Positions 56,101 to 64,000 of a stretch of 64,000 bases of DNA are shown here, piece by piece. The notes beneath the pieces were generated by a model, which worked only from the letters and a program-made list of their open reading frames with translations, was not told the DNA's origin and did not search any database. This DNA comes from Bugula neritina. Taxonomy: Eukaryota; Animalia; Bryozoa. The stretch's first letter is position 1. The number at the start of each line of letters is the position of its first letter. Location: contig OZ037766.1 in assembly GCA_964035545.1 (NCBI GenBank), forward strand, positions 12,452,722 to 12,516,721. Direction: 5' to 3'. The translations under genes and the position numbers were made by a program.

Positions 56101-59100
56101 TAAAAATAGTCTTTATTTTGAAAATTACATTTGCAGAGCACCAGAAATTTGACACTTTGTCCTAAAAAAAACAAAATTTATTCAAAATATTATAACACCC
56201 TGACAACATATATATACATACATGCCTGCAGTTATAAACTTTATACTAAAAAGATGTAGAAAGTTTATAACTAAAAACAAAAAATATTAACAAAAATATT
56301 TGTTACGAGAGCAACAAACATACCTACTGTTATTAGCATTTCACATTTATAAATTTCTCTTATAATACCAAACTGCATGTTTTTTAAAATAAATTGAGCT
56401 GTATTCATTTAGGAACGCAACTTTGTAAAGTGGGAAATACCCACAGCACAAGGTAACTATGTCAAATACCTTACAAAATACTTTTAAAACGCTAATGTTT
56501 TAATTGCTTTTTTTAGGTAAACCTGAATTTAATACTCATGCAATATAATTTGGCAAGAACAGATTCACCTCAAAAAGACCTCTAGAAAAGGGAAATAGCC
56601 TGTGAATCACAGCCAGAATATCATCTGGTGTATGTGAAAAAGGAGCCCAGCAGACAAGGAAGGTTCCGATGACAGCTACCCCCACACAAGCCACACCCAT
56701 AAATCTAAAATAATAAATTCGAAGAGTGAAAACATAAAATCATTTCATTAGAAAAACCAAAGAACATGCAAAAACTTGAATTTCATAGCACCCAATACCT
56801 ACAGCAATAAAAAACTTGGAACTTTATTAATATACATTATAACACAATGTATATTAATTTATAACTTTTTTGAAACTTTTAGTAAAACACTATTTGCAAC
56901 ACTACCTAAAACTACATACATGTATATCATTTTTAAACTGTCGGTATTCAACTTACAATTTGACCTTCAGCAACTTTTCTTGCACATAATTTAGATTTTA
57001 AACGGTGTAACAGTACCATGCATAATATTCCATGTAATAAATATATCATGAATATACTACTTATATTATTATAATGTGTGAAATACCTTTTTGCATATGA
57101 TGTTTTCTGATTAAAATAGTAACCAAGAATATACACGAAAAAAGGGAAGGCATGGTAAAGCTCCATCTGCTTATAGTTGAGGGCCAAACAAAAGGCTATA
57201 GAGCCTAGCAGGATTCTATTTCTGTCCAAGAGAGCCACAGCAAGAATAAAGAATCCCAGGCTAACACTGTTATATCTAAACATCTGAGTTAAGTATTATA
57301 ATTGACGTGTTAGCTTATTTTGATGGCAAGGAGGATGGATGATAATATTTTGAATTAGAAAAATTCATATGTAAATAAAAACATTTCATTTTTTCATCAA
57401 GTGCACATGACGTGTAAAGTTTTCCCATTTTATGAGATTGCAGATAAATTATAGATTGCAAAATAATTTACTTTTAATTACTTTTTGAAAAAAAATCTCA
57501 ACAACTAAGTGACTTTGAAAAATACGCATTAACGCATGAGACTAGTATATTGGAAACTGCAAAAAGAGCTGAAGTGAAAAGGATACTGAAAGTGCCCATG
57601 GTCAATGATGACAAGTCCAGGGTAAAGTAGAAGCGAGAGCAAAGTATGCCATGATACCTACAATATGGTAAATATAACACATGTGTTTAAACAAACAAAC
57701 TACTCTGTATAGAATAGGTGTTTCCAATATAAGTCATAATAGAAGCCTATTTATATTTTATGCACACTCCTTAGGTTGCTGCATAATATAACTTGACAAC
57801 TACGTGGAATTTACCTCAAGCCAAAAACAGGTTTTCCTCCGTACTTTGAGTATCGTACTGCTTTGAAATAATGCAATGAACAAGTTATACTCTTAGTAAA
57901 GAGGTAATAAATTGTACACATATTTTAATGCAATAATTTTATTGCAATGTATTTCAAAGTACTAAAGGTTAGGTAAGTAAAACTTTTACATTACCTGACA
58001 ATATGTGAAACCCAGTATTAGCTTATTAAAATTATATAACTTACTACAAAATAACATTATTTCATTATGCAACGATAAAACAACGCTAAACAAAACTACA
58101 ACAGTATAAATGAATGTGTTTAAATTTTAATCTTAAGAAAGCACAAAACCTCACTCAATATCATGATCTATCACAGAGCTGCATGTATAATAAACAGAAA
58201 GTTTAGAATGCAAAGGAGCACAGAATCAATATATAAACACATCAAAATGTTTGGGCATTTCCAGCCTTATAAATTAATTTTCATCTATACAGTGCAAACG
58301 TGCAGCTCTCATACTGTATGCATTATTATACATACAAAATTTTGATGCTTAATCACTTTAAAATGTAATCGTTCATATTATTCAACAAGAAAATAGAAAG
58401 TTCAACTCTAAGTTGACTGATCAAGTTATTACCTTGTGAGAAAAACTGTTGGAGTAGAGAAGACAACTAGGGATGTAGACAAGAAGATCGCTAATAAGAA
58501 CTACAATGTGACAATATAAATTAATTTTGTGTATAAAACAAAACTATTTCTTAAAACAAAATATTACCAGTATATGTAAGACAATGCTTAGATTTATACT
58601 GCTGATAAGCAGTATTAGTGTTATAACAGCATGTATCATAGCAAATAGGTATAACAGGTATAACAGCATGTATAATAGCATATAGGTATAACAGGTATAA
58701 CAGCATGTACTATGGCAAATAGGTATAACAGGTATAACAGCAGGTATTATAACAGCAGATGTTATGACAGTACAGAAGTTTATCATACTAATATATCTAT
58801 AACCTTGTTTCATACCTGAATACCTCATAAACAGCTTGTGGTGATAAGATTCAACTCCTCGTGATCCGTGGAGCTCAACCCATGACTGATTCAACATAGA
58901 ACCCCTATAATTACAGCACAACCATCAATCAATCAATAACAAAAATATCAGAGGTCTGATGAAACACTGCAGTATAAACTTTAAAGTAAAAATAAGAGTA
59001 GAGTCAGTAGTAAACTGCGCCAGAACGAAGATAATATTTATCACAGCGTCATATATAGAGTTTAGTATTTATACTTACACACTCCCTACCAGCCAGCTAT

Positions 59101-59690
59101 GATATGCAGTCAAAGGTGGGTAATCGAGTCCCCAATATAACAAATCATTATCTGATGAGTTTTTATACCTGAAAAATAGATTATTCCTTTTTAATTACCG
59201 CTCAACAGATTTACTATCCTTATTGCCGGTATTCTTGATTTAAAATATACATTTCAGAAAATTTAAATATATAAATCTACTAATACAAAGAAAGTTAAAA
59301 CTGTTAGTCATACCATTGAGATGCTGGTAGATTTATTGTAATCTCCTGCCAGTGTCGCTGAGCTTCGTAATCACCAAACATGGGACCTGTGTTCATACCT
59401 GTATAGTCACAAGCGATGTAATATAATCTTTCAAGCGAAAAAAATGCTATGCTTTTAACACGTGCTAAAGCATTTTGTGATATTTACCATATAAAGTTGC
59501 AGTTATTCAAAGGTCTAAAAAATGTTGTTTTGCTTTTGAATGATAAAAAAACACAAGTGACAAAAATATAACTCGTTGAAAAGAGAATTTGTATGATCTT
59601 TGCAAATTTACCTGAATAAGGGAATGTGCTTATGACCCATCGCAAAAACAGTGACAGTACAACCAATAGAGAGATAAGTAGTAACTCCAT
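53114..59690 (-). CDS. ALG6: Dolichyl-PP-Man9GlcNAc2 alpha-1,3-glucosyltransferase; 14 coding exons
   Basis: Exons 59690-59612, 59398-59314, 59168-59079, 58904-58816, 58500-58433, 57657-57587, 57275-57087, 56704-56569, 56161-56076, 55724-55640, 55046-54976, 54871-54803, 53740-53617, 53305-53114. Motifs [72 protein letters not shown], and C-terminal KLKCQ (KxKxx ER retrieval). Confidence 0.94.
53469..53515. repeat. Perfect 23-bp-arm palindrome in the last ALG6 intron
   Basis: ATTTTTAAAGTTTGACTACAATA-A-TATTGTAGTCAAACTTTAAAAAT. Confidence 0.9.
54237..54603. mobile_element. MITE (PIF/Harbinger-like non-autonomous DNA transposon), ~367 bp, in an ALG6 intron
   Basis: TIRs AGGCCTGGCTTCACGCTCGTGAGAATCACACGAAA / TTTCGTGTGATTCTCACGAGTGTGTGGCCAGACCT; flanks TTC/TTA may be a decayed 3-bp TSD. 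Superfamily is inferred. Confidence 0.75.
57276..57586 (-). other. U12-type (minor spliceosome) GT-AG intron of ALG6
   Basis: 5' site GTATCCTTTT; branch-like TACTTAAC (57295-57288) close to the AG with no pyrimidine tract; splicing restores HFQ/YN. Confidence 0.85.
58622..58757. repeat. 37-bp minisatellite, ~3.5 copies
   Basis: Unit TATAACAGCATGTATCATAGCAAATAGGTATAACAGG repeated with few substitutions. Confidence 0.85.
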
Positions 59691-61779
59691 CTACAGGACA
59701 TGCAACTGACCTATTAACAAAAATATTTTACGACTAGACATCAATGAACATTACACAATATTACAAATAAGATAACAATCAGCCTTTGTCATGCCCGGTT
59801 TTTTACCTCTGACCACAAATTATGAAAATTTTAAATAGCGATAGTTTTTTTACCAAGTTAATTGCATTATCTACAATAGAAATCATTTAACTGACTTTAT
59901 CTGGCCATTGAGCTAACACTTTGAATATAAAGATTTCTAAAAACATCCATAAAAGATAGAATTTACTAATTTGTTTATTGCAGTTTCAATTTCTTATTGC
60001 AGCTAAATTAATTAGGTTGAAATAATATTGTTAGCTAAATAAAAATATATACAGAATCACAATAATAAGTATTCAGCAACTTACTGTTACAACTATTGAA
60101 GTAAACACTTTTATACAAAAAAATTCACTGACTTTTTGAAAACACAATTTATCTTTAATAGGTTTCTACCTACAGCATCATTTTTATAAAATACATTCTT
60201 TATTAGTACCTAACTTAAAAAAAACTAAGCAAAACAAGTATATGAACAAAAATAAGATTGACATCAACTAAAGCAGACAGCACATTAAATTGTAAATGCC
60301 TAGTATGACAGCAAGTAGAACTTTTTCTTGAAATATGTATCATAAGAAAAACTTGAAACAAACTTAATAGAAAAAGGTCAGGACTTCAGGTGTGTAACTG
60401 ACAACAAAATATAAAGAGAAAAAAATTATAGCTGGATGGTTAATAAATGTGGAAAAACTAGAGTGACAAGGTTATAAAACATATTGTTATAGACTAATTC
60501 AACAGCACTTAAAACTCTACATGAAATTTCGAGTAAATATCTTAGGACTTCCAGATTGATGATTAAATTATTTATATGTTTATAAATAATGAATAGAAAA
60601 ACATTTCAAATGAATTCTTTTTCAAATTTAGGGCTGCTCACCAACTGCCAACTACAGGACTAAAGCTTCAACTTTTCCCCTTCAAGTTCTGCTATAGCTA
60701 CAATAATTGACAAGTGGCACATAAAATAACAAAAACTTGGAGTTTGTTGGTTGTAAATATTAGGAAACCGCATGAATGATTTTAATATAGCTGTAAAAAG
60801 TTAGATGCTAAACACATTAAATCACTGTCTGACCATGTATGTTGCATATTACTATTACAAATATAAAATAAGTTATGCTGTTATTATTATATTTATTATA
60901 ATAACTTATGAGCTGGTCATCATTCAACCTTAAGTTAAACTCTATTAGTATTACTAGTAATACAATGCGAGTTTCTTATTAAGTCCAAATCAGTGTAAAA
61001 CTAAAAGTAACAGAGTATAACTATAAATATAAGTAAGCACAAAATTATAATAAATGTAACATTAACAATACTAATAGTCTTATTTATCCTTAAGGGCCGT
61101 AAGCATTTAGATTATTTTTTACATTTCAGCAAAAGTTTGCATGCTTTTCAACTGTTTTATCAGCATTTCATCCAATTTCTTATACGAAAACACTACAAAA
61201 ATGCAAGTAAAAGTGGTCACATTAGGTGTCTTAGACTTGCCCAGACTTGCCCGCGAGCTTGCCCTCCGTGTCCTATTCTGACGTGGGGATGGCAAAATAG
61301 CCCTATTGTAGCGTGAGTTTATATCGCGTAGAGTTATTAAAGGCGGGTTTGTCTCAGATTCTCGTCATTCGTAGCTCAAATCACATGAATGTTACTCTTC
61401 GGGTGGCTACTAATAACTAACGTTAGCTACGCAACATCAAGAAAGGTAACTAATTTGACTGTTTTCAAATGGACTATTCCATTTCGCTGGTTTGTAACTT
61501 GCTGTAAATCACAAAATAATTATCTTCCCTATTTTAATTTCAATTATCACGTCGACCACACTACCAGAAAATTACTTTTGAATATGCAGTAAATGATGAT
61601 TTTCAACCGTTTTGTGATGAATTATAGGTTAGTAGTTGTCTACGTAAAATCAAGTTTTAAAATTTGTAACTGAATCAGTGAATCACAGTATCAGTATGAG
61701 TATGACTATGAATATCAATATCACTTATTCACTATGTCTATGACTCTCACTCAGTCTATGACTATCGCCTATTGGTGAA

Positions 61780-62430
61780 CTATTAGTATTATTAATAATA
61801 TTCAATGGTTATATTTATTAATACTATTAATAATCATAATGATAATCATATGACATTTGACAATTACAATATCAGTATGTTACGGAGCAGGATCAGTTTC
61901 GAAACTAATACTAATACTAATAGTAATACTTATAATATTAGTTATAACTATAAGTATAAGTTATATCGATAGCAATATTAATATAAATATTTATATTCAT
62001 AGTAATATTAATAGCAAATGTAATATTATTAAGTTGATAGTTATACTTGCAAGTTATAGTATAAAGCAAACGAAACAAGTATTAATTTGAACTGCTGGTC
62101 TTAAAATAAAAAATAAAATAAATATAAATAATAAATTATAATAATTTAATTATACTAATACTAATAGTAATAGCAATACTTTTACAGTAATATAATTATA
62201 ATAAATTTATAGAACCCAAACAACTTTAAATTTAATGAACAACTTTAAATACAAACATAAAGATAATATTAAATAATTATAATCATAATGGTCATAACAA
62301 TAAATATGATTCCAATAATTACCAATATATTATATAATATTTAAATTATTTTAATTTATAATTATAATCATAATTTTTATAGTTATAGTAAATAAATCAA
62401 ATATGACATAATTACTATAATATAAAGCAG
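61780..62430. repeat. Extremely AT-rich low-complexity tract
   Basis: Degenerate ATA/TAA/ACTAAT iterations, almost no G or C. Confidence 0.6.
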
Positions 62431-64000
62431 TCAGTCTATCTCTAATGCTGATTGATATTCAGATTGTTATGACTGTATCATTATTCACTAACTCTAAGAG
62501 TAAGTGACTACAATTATTAGTATCAATGTTGTGTTAGAGTACTATACCCATTGGAATTTTGATAAATCCATTATATTTACAACTCTGCCTGTTACAGCTA
62601 TTAATAAATTGAACCAAAATACCAACAGTGCCTAATCTACGCCTTATTTGTAAAATAATCACTATCATAATGCTCAAGTTAATAGATTGGAAATTATTGA
62701 AAATTATATTGATGCCAATATAACTATGACATTGCATGCATCCAAGTAGTGATGTTGTAATATATCTTGGAAGATAATTACATTATAATAAGAGTTAAAT
62801 TCCTCTAAGTAACTTTTTTACAATTATTCCTTAGAATAACTATAACTTATACTCCTAATATTTAGTAGCGCATTAGTTTTAGATTGAGCTACTAATTGTA
62901 TTTATTGCATGTGAAGGTTAGTTATTCTCCATCAGCTGCATGAATGTGACTGGTAAATTTTGTAACCTTTGGCAGTAATAACTCTATAGCATAAATTAGA
63001 CACATTTTTATAAAAATACATAATTGCTATAGCTGCTAGTAATTCTAATGGGTGAAATAATATTACTTTCACCAGCATTAATTTTTACTTTGTTCATGCT
63101 TCATGAAGCATTTTCTAAATTCTTTTTTAAATAAATTTCTACAATACATATAATGTGCTGAATAGATTACATATGCTGGGGTTCTTCCTTTACTGCAGCT
63201 CAGCCTACACTCCCGCCACAAATATTCCTAAACTACTAGCTCCATCAGCACACAGGTTGATGGAGCTGTATTGATAGAAACTGGAATCATGGAAAATGGC
63301 AAGTATTTTACTCAATAAGAATGCAGTTTTTTACTTCTACAAATTTGATAGCCTACACTATTCTATTTAAATGGAGACTGGTCTGACATAATGTGTCTGC
63401 AATTTATTAGTTATAATATAGTAAATACTATGCGGGCCTATAGATAAAAAGGCTCAAAAAATAATTAAAAAAAAAACATTACGCAATGCTGTACTTATTA
63501 GCAATGTGATACTTAGCAACTAATTTCACATTATTATTGTTTGCAAAGTTTTATATATCTACATATGTTTGTTCAATTCAGTGTTCTGGAATAGAAGGTT
63601 CCAACAGCAGGGAAAAGCCTTGAACAAGATATTATGTTCTACATCTCCAACTCATTTTAACTTTGCTGGTCAGTTCATTGTGTATCTGGAGCATAGTTTT
63701 GTATTTTCAAGTAGTCCATCAGATACCTTTGTAGATAGTTAAGATTACAATGTTTGTGCAATGATGTCCATAATGTTGAACTGATTTATTGAAACTAAAA
63801 CTGTTCTTAATTATAACAAAACTTGACAATCTTTACAAAAGACTAATGTCCTATAATCTATCTTCATTGTAAACAAAATTAGAAACTTCCACATCAGCAA
63901 ATTGTTTATCATCATCTGTAGGTGGAAGACGCTTGCACTCAGTTATAAAGGCAAGCTGAAAGTGGTTTTCTTTGCCTTCTATGAAGATTTGAAAAGAGCC

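Noticed and set aside
58622-58757. 37-bp repeats as a CRISPR array
   Set aside because: No unique spacers; eukaryotic intron; ordinary minisatellite.
61591-61675. C/D-box snoRNA candidate (ATGATGA...CTGA)
   Set aside because: No terminal stem or recognisable rRNA guide; such boxes are frequent by chance in AT-rich DNA.
63570-64000. Coding-like minus-strand sequence at the window edge (GSFQIFIEGKENHF...)
   Set aside because: Truncated by the window, interrupted by stops, no identifiable family; may be a terminal exon or pseudogene.

Overview
AT-rich, intron-rich animal DNA, probably a lophotrochozoan-type invertebrate (inferred from gene content). Gene order: two tandem 8-cysteine tetraspanins (+); the secretory-pathway Ca2+/Mn2+ ATPase ATP2C1/SPCA (+); a four-exon, 150-aa neuropeptide precursor that the ORF track misses (+, 33103-36019; signal peptide, RKKR, 42-aa disulfide-containing peptide, GKR amidation site, resembling invertebrate parathyroid-hormone-like iPTH/PXXXamide peptides); MRPL35 (-); KCMF1 (+, head-to-head with MRPL35); and ALG6 (-, with one U12-type intron). 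The 10.1-kb first intron of MRPL35 holds a decayed RLE-type non-LTR retrotransposon and an intact, very young 7.4-kb Gypsy LTR retrotransposon. The Gypsy element has identical 306-bp LTRs, a CTAT target-site duplication, a tRNA-Leu primer site, a non-canonical -1 frameshift signal and an extra zinc-finger/coiled-coil ORF. Several fold-back elements, micro/minisatellites and a decayed hammerhead-like motif are also present. All gene models were assembled by eye from splice signals and frame continuity; no database search was run.
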